DNA from: an uncultured candidate division Zixibacteria bacterium | GTDB taxonomy: Bacteria; Zixibacteria; MSB-5A5; UBA10806; 4484-95 | Assembly: GCA_963668625.2 (NCBI GenBank) | Contig: CAXXKA010000008.1 | Coordinates: forward strand, 672,001-736,000 | Length of the DNA: 64,000 nucleotides | Reading direction: 5' to 3' | Shown here: positions 40,537-50,799 of the stretch, in pieces | How the letters are laid out: the number at the start of each line of letters is the position of its first letter | Numbering within the stretch: the stretch's first letter is position 1 | Program-made: the position numbers and the translations under genes | The notes under the pieces: model-generated | Databases searched by the model: none | What the model saw: the letters and a program-made list of their open reading frames with translations, nothing else | Told to the model about the DNA's origin: nothing

Positions 40537-40721
40537 GAGATTGTACCAAAAGGTCATTGCTAGTTTTCTACTGGCTTGGTTGTATGAACTCGCGCAAGAA
40601 CAGGCCACTCACCTGTCCGAACTTCCGCATATGAATCATCAGCCAATAGCCCTCATCATCCGTACAGCACTGGTATGACTGGTCCTTCATCCTCTTTCAT
40701 TGATATTTTTGAGACAGCCTC
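40537..40721. mobile_element. Possible IS1182-type MITE
   Basis: Imperfect TIRs GAGATTGTACCAAAA / TTTTGAGACAGCCTC; non-coding interior. Confidence 0.4.
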
Positions 40722-41005
40722 TCCTTGTCCGCCGGCGTTATTTATCAGGCATACCGATTGAGGTACGAGAACATACCCGAACTTCAACCAGGCCATCCCG
40801 GGTATATCCGGGATCTGTTCTTAGTCAGCCAATCGTCAATTTACCAGATAGTTTCTAAATAATAATAATCATTACTGATATGAATTGGCTAACTTATTAA
40901 TACTACAAAAATTATATGAGTATTATGATAAATTTATCATAAAGGCGGAACCGATTATTTTGACAATCAGTTTCAACTAATGAACAAGATAAAAGGGGAA
41001 ACATC

Positions 41006-41098
41006 ATGAGCAAACAGGAAAGAAGAAATACGTTTTATCAATCATTTGGAATTATCACCCTGATAGCCTTTATCGCCGCCGGTATCGTTATCAGTTAA
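41006..41098 (+). CDS. 30-aa single-TM small protein (MSKQERRNTFYQSFGIITLIAFIAAGIVIS)
   Basis: AAGGGG RBS, ATG, basic N-terminus plus hydrophobic helix; own terminator. Confidence 0.55.
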   Translation: MSKQERRNTFYQSFGIITLIAFIAAGIVIS

Positions 41099-41188
41099 GG
41101 CGTATCGGGTTAAATAAAATTACGCCCTGGTTAGTGTGTGGTGTTATTAACCAGATGATGGGTTTGAATAGTCGGTGGTTCAAGCCCC

Positions 41189-41224
41189 TGGGCTCCTGAC
41201 TCCTGCCAGGAGCCCCATTTTTTT
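41189..41224 (+). terminator. Intrinsic terminator
   Basis: GGGCTCCTG-actcctgc-CAGGAGCCC then TTTTTTT. Confidence 0.8.
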
Positions 41225-41353
41225 GCATATTAAATTGTGCGCTGCACAAAAAAATAAAACAATCATGAATATTTCCCGTATTTATGGGTAAAGATATAAA
41301 GACATTAAAGCTAAACAAGCAGATACTTTGAACCTGGATAAAGGAGGAAAGTG

Positions 41354-41569
41354 ATGGCAAAAAAACTAGAGCGTTCATTGGACGATAAAATGGTCGCCGG
41401 TGTATGCGGTGGAATAGGCGAGTATTTCGATATCGATCCCACGATTGTTCGTTTGTTGTGGGTAGCGTTATCGCTGGCATTCGGCGGTGGTATTATCGCT
41501 TATATAATAGCCTGGCTGATAGTACCCGAGGAGAGCCGGGTGGAGATAGTAGAGGAAAACGGTATATAA
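41354..41569 (+). CDS. PspC-domain protein
   Basis: [30 protein letters not shown]...[11 protein letters not shown]; AAGGAGG RBS. Confidence 0.92.
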   Translation: MAKKLERSLDDKMVAGVCGGIGEYFDIDPTIVRLLWVALSLAFGGGIIAYIIAWLIVPEESRVEIVEENGI

Positions 41570-42080
41570 AACCGGGGATAATAATTCCACCTCGGTAAGC
41601 GGATGCAACAGTTTCGACTTTGAGTTTGATTCATGTAATTCTGAATTCGATTCTATCTGGTATACAGCTATGGATAATCCATTAGGAAAAGTGACTCGGC
41701 CGCCTTTAAAGCATCGATAGTCAAGAAACCGAGTATCTCCACTTTCAACTACCGGGAGGTGGTACAGCTTGATGTAAAACAAGCCGGATTTACATATCGT
41801 ACGATCATCCATATGGGAATTCGTGAAAATGTTTATTAACAAAGCCGTCAGTGTTATATGGCATAAGGTAATTTTCTAGAGTTTTTAAATTACCCTAGAA
41901 AACGAGGAAATAATCATAATTACCAAATCTAAACCGTAATATCTTATTGGCTATTAATATCATTTTAAATACATATCATAGAAAACCGTAAGATTTACCT
42001 TGCTATAATTATAACCTCTCATTAATTAAATTATCAAAATGTCGTAAAAATAATATACCTTAAAAAACCGAGGGGGAACA

Positions 42081-43796
42081 ATGCCTGATGTATTAATAAA
42101 AACCGTAAGTAACCTTACATTTAAAAAAGAGGGTGAGGTTTACTCCTCACCGGTTGATTGGCGGGATAATTTCATTTATTTCCTGCTCGTGGATAGATTC
42201 GATAACAATGAAGATATTCCCCTGTATGATGAGCAGGCCGCAGTTACCGATCGGGACAGTTCGCAGGGTAAATTATTTCAGGGGGGCAAAATTCGGGGTA
42301 TTATTCGGCGGTTGGACTATATTAAAAATCTTGGGGCTAACACGCTCTGGCTTAGCCCGATTTTCAAAAACCGGGTGGAGAAAAACGATACCTATCATGG
42401 CTACGGCATTCAAAATTTCCTGGATGTCGATCCCAGGTTCGGCACGAAAAAGGATTTAGTAGAGTTAGTCGACCAGGCTCATCGGCGTGGGATGTATGTC
42501 ATATTGGATATTATCTTGAATCATACCGGTGATAATTGGGCCTATCCGAATGACGATCCTTATTATTTTCAGAAAAGCGCTGCTCAACCTTTCGATTTCG
42601 GATTCTGGCGGGAGGCCGATAAAAAGCCCGGCTTTCAGCCCGATGATGCTATCTGGCCGAAGGAATTCCAAAATATATCATACTACAAACGTCGCGGGCA
42701 AATAAGCGATTGGAATAATCCCGATCAAGCCTTAAACGGTGATTTCCTGACGTTAAAAGAGCTGGATTTAAATAACGCCCTGGATCCCCTGATTAAAGCA
42801 TACAAGTACTGGATATCCACTGCCGATATCGATGGTTTCCGCCTCGATACGGCGAAGCATATGGAAACCGGGGCGACGGCTATTTTCTGCAACGCCATCC
42901 GCGAGTATACGAAAAGCATGGGAAAACATAATTTCTTTTTATTCGGTGAGATAGTCGCCGATGATACTACACTGCAAAAATATATCGGGCGCAACAGCCG
43001 TATCGAGGGTACCAACGAGCGTTTTCCCTCACTCGATGCCGCGCTGGATTTTCCGCTCTATTTCGTGCTTGAGGAGGTGATCAAAGGATTCGCCAATCCC
43101 TCACTTTTGCGTGAACGCTATGAGCGTTTTAAAACCATGTATGCCGATCACGGCGAGGCCGGGCAGTATTTCGTTACATTCGTAGATAATCATGATCAGA
43201 TGTCTCGTCCTTACAGACGTTTTATGCATGGTAATAAAATCTGGCAGCAGGCGATACTGGCAATGGGCTATCTTCTGACAAGCCAGGGGGTGCCCTGCAT
43301 TTACTACGGTACCGAGCAGGGTTTCGATGGTGGCGGCGATAATGACAGCTATATCAGGGAATGTATGTTCGGCGGTAAGTGGGGGCCGTTCAACACGACC
43401 GGTAGTCATTTTTTTAACCAGGAGAATACTATTTATAAAATGATCTCGAGTATCGCCAAGACCAGGGCCACCGAGCCGGCTTTACGATACGGCAGGCAGT
43501 ATTTCCGCGAGATATCGGGCAACGGCGCCGATTTCGGTTTCCCCATTGATGGCAACAGCACGCTGGCATATTCTCGTATCCTGGATGACACCGAGATACT
43601 GGTAGCACTAAATCTATCGGGAGCCGCCCGTAATGATTTTGTGACGATAGATAGCAACTTGAATCAGATCGGGGCTGAGATGGTGAACCTTCTGAATCCG
43701 GTACGCAAGACACCGATCGAAACACGCGCCAGCAGGCGGGTAGGGAAGATATCGCTCGAGCCGTGGGAGATGGGGGTTTATAAAGCGCAGGTGTGA
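42081..43796 (+). CDS. GH13 alpha-amylase-family glycosidase (cytoplasmic)
   Basis: YFLLVDRF, YHGY, DIILNH, GFRLDTAKH, FGE, FVDNHD, PCIYYGTEQ. Confidence 0.93.
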   Translation: MPDVLIKTVSNLTFKKEGEVYSSPVDWRDNFIYFLLVDRFDNNEDIPLYDEQAAVTDRDSSQGKLFQGGKIRGIIRRLDYIKNLGANTLWLSPIFKNRVEKNDTYHGYGIQNFLDVDPRFGTKKDLVELVDQAHRRGMYVILDIILNHTGDNWAYPNDDPYYFQKSAAQPFDFGFWREADKKPGFQPDDAIWPKEFQNISYYKRRGQISDWNNPDQALNGDFLTLKELDLNNALDPLIKAYKYWISTADIDGFRLDTAKHMETGATAIFCNAIREYTKSMGKHNFFLFGEIVADDTTLQKYIGRNSRIEGTNERFPSLDAALDFPLYFVLEEVIKGFANPSLLRERYERFKTMYADHGEAGQYFVTFVDNHDQMSRPYRRFMHGNKIWQQAILAMGYLLTSQGVPCIYYGTEQGFDGGGDNDSYIRECMFGGKWGPFNTTGSHFFNQENTIYKMISSIAKTRATEPALRYGRQYFREISGNGADFGFPIDGNSTLAYSRILDDTEILVALNLSGAARNDFVTIDSNLNQIGAEMVNLLNPVRKTPIETRASRRVGKISLEPWEMGVYKAQV

Positions 43797-43888
43797 TGGA
43801 GAGTTATAAAGCATAGTTGAAGCTTATAATTTAGATGAATTTAAAGATAGCCGATGTTGAATTTAAAAGGATGCTTTTTGAGAATGAC

Positions 43889-45700
43889 TCATCGGTTGTT
43901 ATGCAATATAATCATAGATGACTCATCAGCTACATATACGTAACTTCCAATTGTGAAGACATCACGCGTATGACCAGGCGTATTATAACTATCTACTAAT
44001 GTAGGGATGGCAGGATCAGAAATATCAATGACCTGTATTTTCCCATCGCCCAAATATGCGTAATTGTCAGATAGGAAAACATATCGAGAAAGGTTCGTGT
44101 TAATACGGCTGGTTAGCTCTAGCGCAACAGGATCGGAAATGTCGATAACTAGCAATTCCGATTTGAAAGTTACATAGGCGTAATCTCCTGATACTGAGAC
44201 TGATCTATATAAACCAGTTTCGCTGTAACTCCCTTCAAATGAAGGCTCAATTGGATTAGAAATATTTACAACTTGAAGACCGGTGGTTCGATCAATCAGG
44301 TATACATAATTATCAGAAACTATGAAATCCGTTATTCTATCGAATGTATTGAGTCTGGCGGCCAATACCGGCCTATACGGATCAGAGATATCAAGGATAT
44401 AAAGACCAGACCAAAAAGCCGCGTAAATGTATTTCTCGGAGGCATAAACACCAACCGCGTAGTCTGTATCATCAAAGTTGAATGAACTTATTAATGATGG
44501 TTTTGATAAATCAGAAATATCAATAATTTCAAGACCTGAAAAAGTAACTGCAAGGTATGCATAGTTTTCATCAACAAATATATCAGATATTTTGGGCTTA
44601 GTGCTATAGTTACTAACCTGAGTCGGTGTGGATGGAACAGAGATATCATATATATGAAGGCCGGAATTGGCGGTACCGATATAAGCATGGTTATCCTCAA
44701 TAAAGATATCTGTTACTTGTCCATGTGTTGCGTATTTTCCCATTGGATTTAATAGTGATGGTTGAGCGATATTTATAATCCAAATGCCACCAGCATCTAA
44801 ATAAACGTAGCCATTAGCGATGTATAATAAATTACCATGGCCTATATAATTTTTTTCTACTAATACTGGTTGCGATGGATCTGAGATATCAATAATCTGA
44901 ATCCCTAAACCAGATATGGTAATATATGCTTGATGCTCTACCACAAATACTTTCGATATTCGCTCGGCTGTTCCGTAGCTTCCTATTAACGATGGCTTTG
45001 CCTTATCAGAAATATCAAGAATTATTAGACTATCAGCAGCTAGAAAAGCGTGGCTATTAATAATGTAAATGTCAGTAATTTGACTTGAAGTGTGATATAC
45101 TCCCATCATGATTGGATTAATAGGGTTGGATATATCTAATATAGAAAAACTGGAATCATTCCCTGCAACACAAGCGAATTTCTCTGCGATGAAAAAATCC
45201 ATGATCATATTGGGCATGTTATATCTTCCCGCGAATTCCGGTTTGGATGGATTAGAAACATCAATAATATCAATACACGAACTGCAGTCGGCTATATAAG
45301 CATAATTTCCTGTGACACAAATATCTACAGACCGACTAATTGATTTACTTCGAGGTCGTTTCGGAATTATGTATTTGCTTTTAAGAGTCTGCTTAACCGG
45401 ATTGGAGATGTCGATAATTTGTAGACCATGTTCACCATCGATTAAATATGCATATTTACCAGAAACATCTAAAGCGCGCGTTCCCTCCTGCACATAATAT
45501 TTACTTATTTCGTCTAGGGATTTTGGATCCGACACATCCAGTATTATTAATCCACTTGTGAAAGCGCAGTAAGCAAAATCATTCATGACCGTAATATCTA
45601 TAGCGTTATACCAAAGTGATGAATTAACATAGTCTATAGTATTAGATTGTGTAGAACTAATAGTTACGGTTAATAATATTAGCATCACTATATTCCTCAC
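43889..45700 (-). CDS. Secreted LVIVD-repeat beta-propeller protein
   Basis: Signal peptide; about 13 repeats of YAY...GLxIIDISxPxxP. Confidence 0.9.
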   Translation of the reverse strand: MRNIVMLILLTVTISSTQSNTIDYVNSSLWYNAIDITVMNDFAYCAFTSGLIILDVSDPKSLDEISKYYVQEGTRALDVSGKYAYLIDGEHGLQIIDISNPVKQTLKSKYIIPKRPRSKSISRSVDICVTGNYAYIADCSSCIDIIDVSNPSKPEFAGRYNMPNMIMDFFIAEKFACVAGNDSSFSILDISNPINPIMMGVYHTSSQITDIYIINSHAFLAADSLIILDISDKAKPSLIGSYGTAERISKVFVVEHQAYITISGLGIQIIDISDPSQPVLVEKNYIGHGNLLYIANGYVYLDAGGIWIINIAQPSLLNPMGKYATHGQVTDIFIEDNHAYIGTANSGLHIYDISVPSTPTQVSNYSTKPKISDIFVDENYAYLAVTFSGLEIIDISDLSKPSLISSFNFDDTDYAVGVYASEKYIYAAFWSGLYILDISDPYRPVLAARLNTFDRITDFIVSDNYVYLIDRTTGLQVVNISNPIEPSFEGSYSETGLYRSVSVSGDYAYVTFKSELLVIDISDPVALELTSRINTNLSRYVFLSDNYAYLGDGKIQVIDISDPAIPTLVDSYNTPGHTRDVFTIGSYVYVADESSMIILHNNR

Positions 45701-45775
45701 CCCACACCTCCTTAATACTTGTAATACTACAACATATAAACATCAGGTTAATACTAATCAGTATATCTATAAAGT

Positions 45776-46030
45776 CACTACTGTCCGGTCTTTTCATCTC
45801 GTTGCGAAGCGCTGCTTGGCAACGTGGCTTGTTTGCCTGCAGAATGCGTATTCTACATGACCCAAGGAGGTTTCCAGGCAGCGCTTGGAAACCAGAAAAC
45901 CAAGCCTAACATCGGCAGGATATGTCAGGATGAATGATACGCTGAATAAAATAATTATATCGGAAAATATTTTTCATTAACAATTCCAAGGAGAAATTTA
46001 AAATTTAACGAAAAACACCGGACACTAGTG
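45776..46030 (+). mobile_element. Full-length IS4-end MITE (255 bp)
   Basis: TIRs CACTACTGTCCGGTCTTT / AAACACCGGACACTAGTG; 9-bp TSD CTATAAAGT / ATATAAAGT. Confidence 0.92.
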
Positions 46031-46185
46031 ATATAAAGTAATACATAAATTAAGCTGATTTATTCCAATAATTATCCCAAGCTCGAGTTTATAAAACTGC
46101 TAATATCCTGTCGACTGATTAATTTAAGGTGGCTTTAAGATGCCGGGCAATTTCAATAAATAATTTTGCTGTGATACAACAATCC

Positions 46186-47121
46186 CTAAAGCGCGTGAAC
46201 CGTTCTGTTTTTTTCTAATTGGAAACGTAAATCTTCCAAAGATTCTACATATATGGCGTTAATATCATTAATAATATTCTTATAGTATTTAGCTGCCCGC
46301 CCGCCAACAAGGATATCTACATTTCCACCGACATATTGCCTTAGCTTCGAAAACTCCCGGGCAACGGTTAAATCGTCAGAAGGATAAACCATGCTTAACG
46401 CGATAGCATCGGCTTTTTGACTGATAGCCGCGTTAGCAATATCATCAGCAGGAATGTTAGCCCCCAGATAAATAACTCGCCAGTTGTCTTCAGTTGCAGT
46501 TACAGCAGCTAATAATGCGCCGAATTCATGAACCTGGCCGGCTGGAGTTGTCACTACGATTGTTGAATCTTTGGGGGTTTCATTTTGGGTATTGAGCATA
46601 CCACCGAGAATCGTGCGAACCACCGTTGAAACTAAATGCTCATGTAAAACCTTCAAGTCGCCTGCCCGCCAGAGATCACCTATTTTATTCATTAATGGTT
46701 CAATAACCTGATTAAGAAAAACCGGTCGGCTAAGGACCACCGCCGCTTGCATCAAGATAGCTTCAACCTGTTTTTGATCTACATTTTTAGCCGCCTTAAG
46801 GCAAGAATCAATATATTCTGCAGGTGATTGATCATCGTTTATATTGTTCAGGCTGTAATTGTTCGCTTTCTCCAATGATTCACCGACAAGTTCAATCAAC
46901 TGGGGTAGAGTCAGGCTAGCGATTTGCCCGATACTTTCACCGTCAAGGGTGGCTTTACGCAACAATGATAGCCGCTTTATATCCTCATCGCTGTATAACC
47001 GTCGATTTGTATCGGTCCGCTGCGGGGTGACTACATTATATCGGCGTTCCCAGGCTCTTATAATGTATGGAGTGAGCCCGGATTTTTTTGCGGCTATTCT
47101 GATTGGGTGTAAAGTATTCAT
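46186..47121 (-). CDS. CarH/LitR-type MerR-HTH cobalamin-binding transcriptional repressor
   Basis: IRAWERRY...RRLYS HTH; W-x9-EH (WRAGDLKVLHEH); QVHEFG B12-binding His motif; LGANIP; ALSMV; VGG. Confidence 0.9.
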   Translation of the reverse strand: MNTLHPIRIAAKKSGLTPYIIRAWERRYNVVTPQRTDTNRRLYSDEDIKRLSLLRKATLDGESIGQIASLTLPQLIELVGESLEKANNYSLNNINDDQSPAEYIDSCLKAAKNVDQKQVEAILMQAAVVLSRPVFLNQVIEPLMNKIGDLWRAGDLKVLHEHLVSTVVRTILGGMLNTQNETPKDSTIVVTTPAGQVHEFGALLAAVTATEDNWRVIYLGANIPADDIANAAISQKADAIALSMVYPSDDLTVAREFSKLRQYVGGNVDILVGGRAAKYYKNIINDINAIYVESLEDLRFQLEKNRTVHAL

Positions 47122-47273
47122 CGGTAATCTTATTTTAGTATTTTATTGTACATTTGTCAAATATTTTAACCATAAACTTGAACAATTTGTTTCTATGTTT
47201 TGGTAATGCAATTATAATGCTATATGTACCAATGTATTACATCTATTATTATCGATATTTGTAGATTTTTATT

Positions 47274-47317
47274 TTAATATACAAATTATATACAAAATGG
47301 GAACCTAATCTATACAG
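47274..47317 (+). promoter_or_regulatory. Putative CarH operator: tandem 11-bp direct repeats
   Basis: TATACA at 47278, 47289 and 47311 with GGAACC at 47300, exact 11-bp period; fits the known nnnnTnnACAn consensus. Confidence 0.7.
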
Positions 47318-47379
47318 TGTTGGTTTTCTGTATCAAATGAAATGGAAATCTTGAATGAAACCTTTACTTTGGAGGAAAG

Positions 47380-47604
47380 ATGAAAAAAATAGACGTAATC
47401 ATGGCCTTGCTTCTTGTGATAGGCGGGCTCAATTGGGGATTAGTTGGCCTTTTGAATTTTGATCTTGTGGCCACGGTTCTCGGCGATATGAGTGCCTTTA
47501 GCCGGATTATCTACGCTGTTGTCGGGATAAGCGCAATATACCAGGCTATGCAGTGGAGATCGATCCACAAACGTTGGAGTACTGCTGCCGTTGAAGGCAA
47601 ATAG
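47380..47604 (+). CDS. DUF378-family small membrane protein
   Basis: LLVIGGLNWGLVGLLNFDLVA...SRIIYAVVGISA. Confidence 0.9.
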   Translation: MKKIDVIMALLLVIGGLNWGLVGLLNFDLVATVLGDMSAFSRIIYAVVGISAIYQAMQWRSIHKRWSTAAVEGK

Positions 47605-47711
47605 AAAATAATTACTGATTTGTGACAAGTACAGCCCGGATACTGCGGGGGGGGGGGATGACCTCCCCCTTGTTAGCCCGGGGAAATAGAAAACGATTTA
47701 AGGAGTAAGAG

Positions 47712-48257
47712 ATGTTTAAAAGAACAGTAATTGTAGCAATCGTAGCTTTAATGACAATTCCGGCGATGAGTTTCGCTAAGGATATGACCGGAAAATACGG
47801 TCTCGGGTACTTTAATTCGTCCACGCCTGTTGGCGGACGTTACTGGGTGAATTCTAATTTTGGTATCGACTTAGGCTTTGGTTTCGAGTCAACCGATCAG
47901 GGAGATGATAACTACACCGATTTTTATGTCGGAGCAGGTTTCCCTTATGTGGTTTACGATACCGAGCGGGTAAATTTCCTTATCAGACCGGGAATTACTT
48001 ATGGCTCTCTTGATGGTCGTCCATATGGAATTATGTCCGAGTCTAAATGGACCATGTTAAGTTTTACTTTGATGCCCGTGGCTGAGGTCTTTTTCGGCGA
48101 TCATTTCTCCGTCCAGGCGGGGCATGGATTTGAAATCGAAATGCTCTCATATCCTGATGAAGCCGAATTTGGCGTTCTGGCCGGTGAGTCCAGGACAAAT
48201 ATCAGGACTATAGAGGGTGGAATAAGTCACTTGGGATTCAATTTCTACTTTAAATAA
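47712..48257 (+). CDS. Small outer-membrane beta-barrel protein
   Basis: Signal peptide ending SFA; alternating aromatic beta strands; C-terminal GFNFYFK. Confidence 0.8.
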   Translation: MFKRTVIVAIVALMTIPAMSFAKDMTGKYGLGYFNSSTPVGGRYWVNSNFGIDLGFGFESTDQGDDNYTDFYVGAGFPYVVYDTERVNFLIRPGITYGSLDGRPYGIMSESKWTMLSFTLMPVAEVFFGDHFSVQAGHGFEIEMLSYPDEAEFGVLAGESRTNIRTIEGGISHLGFNFYFK

Positions 48258-48273
48258 AAACAGAAATGAGGGA

Positions 48274-50226
48274 ATGATGAAAAATTTAATTAATAAGTTA
48301 GCCTTGCTGCCAATCCTGGGAATAATCTTTATTACCGGTTGCAGTGATGATAACAACGATCCGGTTAGCCCGAACCCACAAGCAAATGCTAAGGTAAGGG
48401 TTATCCATACTAGTTACGATGCGCCTGCTGTTGACATATGGATCGACGATCAGGTCGCAATCTCTGACCTTGCTTACGGCCAATCCTCGGGTTACGCCGA
48501 GATCGGCTCGGGTATGATTAATGTAAAGGTAACGCCCAGTGGCGCGAGCGAACCTGTAGTTATTGAGGCTGACCTTGAATTAGCCGCCGATGGTGAATAT
48601 ACCGTATTCGCGGTCGATCAGCTCTCCTCGATTGAACCTGTAGTTAGTGCTGATAATCGCACTCCTGAGGCCAGTATGGCCAAGATTCGTTTCATGCACG
48701 CATCTCCGGATGCTCCTGCTGTTGATATTAAACTGAATAATGGTAACGGTCCGACTGTTTTTGGTAACGCATCTTTTAAAAGCATAGCCGAATATACCTC
48801 GGTTGATGCAGGTTCATACTCATTCGCGGTTACCGCCGCCGGTTCAACCGATGAGGTTGTCAGGTTTGACCCTATCAATGTTTCAGCCGGGACCAGCTAC
48901 ACCGTAGTTGCCCGGGGTACTTTAAACCCCGGCGATAACTACGATTTTGAGGTGCGTGTTTTTATCGATAATGATGAGGGCTCGGCTTTTGCTGATCTGA
49001 ACCCTGCGGAAGCTCCGACCTCGCTGATTCGTGTCGTACATACCAGTTATGATGCCCCCAGTGTGGATATCTGGGTTGACGGCGCAGTTGCCGTAAATGA
49101 TCTTGCCTATGGTATGTCCTCCGGTTATGCCATGGTTGAATCCGGTAACCGTCTCGTGCAAGTAACCCCGGCCGGTTCATCCTCCCCGGTAGTAATTGAT
49201 GCTACCCTGAATTTGATGGAAGATGCCGACTATACGGTTTTTGCAATTGATGAATTAGCGATGATTACGCCTCTTGTTTCCGAGGATATGAGAGATTCAA
49301 ACCCCGGTAAGGCTAAAGTTAGATTTCTCCACGCCTCGCCTGATGCCCCTGCAGTCGATATCAAGCTCGACTCCGGCAATGGCCCGGCCGTGTTTTTAAA
49401 TAGATCTTTTGGCGAACTCACCGATTATGCCGAGGTTGATGGCTCAGATTACACCTTTGTAGTTACACCTGCGGGAGCCTCAACCGAGGTTGTAGTATTC
49501 GATCCTATCACTGTCGTTGAGGGAAATGTATATACGGTGATAGCCCATGGTACTCTCGATAACTCGGATGAGTATCCGTTCTCTGTCAGGGCTTTTATCG
49601 ATAACAGTGATGGTGTCTCTTATGCCGATTTAACTCCTGCCGTTTCAAATGTCATGGTTGTACATGCCTCTCCGAATGCCCCCGGTGTTGACCTTCTGGT
49701 TGACAACCTTGTACTTAACAGCTCTGCTTTGGAATTCCCCTCCAATACCGGTTATTTGGGTACTGGAGCCGGTGACAGAAATATTAGAGTGAATGTCTCC
49801 GGCACAGAGACAACCGTTATCGAGGCCGATTTGAATCTTGATGCTGATATGAACTACTCGATATTCGCTATCGATGAGATCTCCGAGATCGCGCCATTGG
49901 TTATCATGGATGATTTAACTGCACCATCCCCTGGTATGGCTCATGTCAGATTTATACATCTCTCCCCTGATGCGCCGGCGGTTGATATCACTTTAACAGA
50001 TGGTACTATTGTATTCGGTAACTATGCTTTCGGTGAATACTCGATGTATACACCGGTCGGTGCCGGTACCTACGACTTTCAGGTAAGATTACAGGGAAGT
50101 GAAACCGTGGTTCTGGATCTTCCCGGTATAGAACTTATGAGCGGTAAAATATATACCGTATTCGCCAAAGGCTATGCCGGCGGCGGTGAACCATCATTAG
50201 GCGCGGAAATAATTGTTAATATGTAA
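48274..50226 (+). CDS. Lipoprotein with three tandem DUF4397 modules
   Basis: Lipobox ITGC; six repeats of VRxxHxSxDAPxVDI...YTVxA. Confidence 0.88.
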   Translation: MMKNLINKLALLPILGIIFITGCSDDNNDPVSPNPQANAKVRVIHTSYDAPAVDIWIDDQVAISDLAYGQSSGYAEIGSGMINVKVTPSGASEPVVIEADLELAADGEYTVFAVDQLSSIEPVVSADNRTPEASMAKIRFMHASPDAPAVDIKLNNGNGPTVFGNASFKSIAEYTSVDAGSYSFAVTAAGSTDEVVRFDPINVSAGTSYTVVARGTLNPGDNYDFEVRVFIDNDEGSAFADLNPAEAPTSLIRVVHTSYDAPSVDIWVDGAVAVNDLAYGMSSGYAMVESGNRLVQVTPAGSSSPVVIDATLNLMEDADYTVFAIDELAMITPLVSEDMRDSNPGKAKVRFLHASPDAPAVDIKLDSGNGPAVFLNRSFGELTDYAEVDGSDYTFVVTPAGASTEVVVFDPITVVEGNVYTVIAHGTLDNSDEYPFSVRAFIDNSDGVSYADLTPAVSNVMVVHASPNAPGVDLLVDNLVLNSSALEFPSNTGYLGTGAGDRNIRVNVSGTETTVIEADLNLDADMNYSIFAIDEISEIAPLVIMDDLTAPSPGMAHVRFIHLSPDAPAVDITLTDGTIVFGNYAFGEYSMYTPVGAGTYDFQVRLQGSETVVLDLPGIELMSGKIYTVFAKGYAGGGEPSLGAEIIVNM

Positions 50227-50371
50227 ACAGGGGAACACCTGGATTTGTGACAAGGACTCCGCGGAAAAAATCGATCCGTATAAGCCGTTCGAGGATCAAA
50301 ATATCGAAAGATGTCAGGTAATGCCTTTTGACCACGGTGGCTGATTGGTAATTATATCAACTAATGTTAAT

Positions 50372-50405
50372 ACCGATCCCGTTTTATCCGGGATCGGTTT
50401 TTTTT
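50372..50405 (+). terminator. Intrinsic terminator
   Basis: ACCGATCCCG-ttttatc-CGGGATCGGT then T run. Confidence 0.8.
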
Positions 50406-50416
50406 CAACCTGGAGA

Positions 50417-50799
50417 ATGATAATGAGGAATATGACAAGACAGGATTTTCTAAGTGAGATTTTTGATTATAAACATAATAAGGACGGGACTACCAGGAGA
50501 CATTGCCCTGCATAATTGATTTTTATGATGAGAATTGCCCTCCCTGCAAAGCAATAGAACCTGATTTAGTAAAACTGAACAACGATTATATGGGGTTGGT
50601 TGAATTTTATAGAGTCGATATAAATAAGGAAAAGATATAAACGCAAGAGCTTGGTGTTGATAATTTACCAACCCTGGTACTGTGTTCACCCGGCAGGAAG
50701 CCTGTAGTAATGCAGGGATATGCTGATTATGGTAAACTTAAACAAGTAATCGAGCAGCAGTTAACAGATCAGCACGGAGGAGTGATTGAAAATGCTTAA
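50417..50799 (+). pseudogene. Thioredoxin pseudogene (frameshift near 50484, in-frame TAA at 50638)
   Basis: Reconstructed MTRQDFLSEIFDYKHNKD/DYQETLPCIIDFYDENCPPCK...YRVDINKEKI*...LPTL with CPPC active site. Confidence 0.8.
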
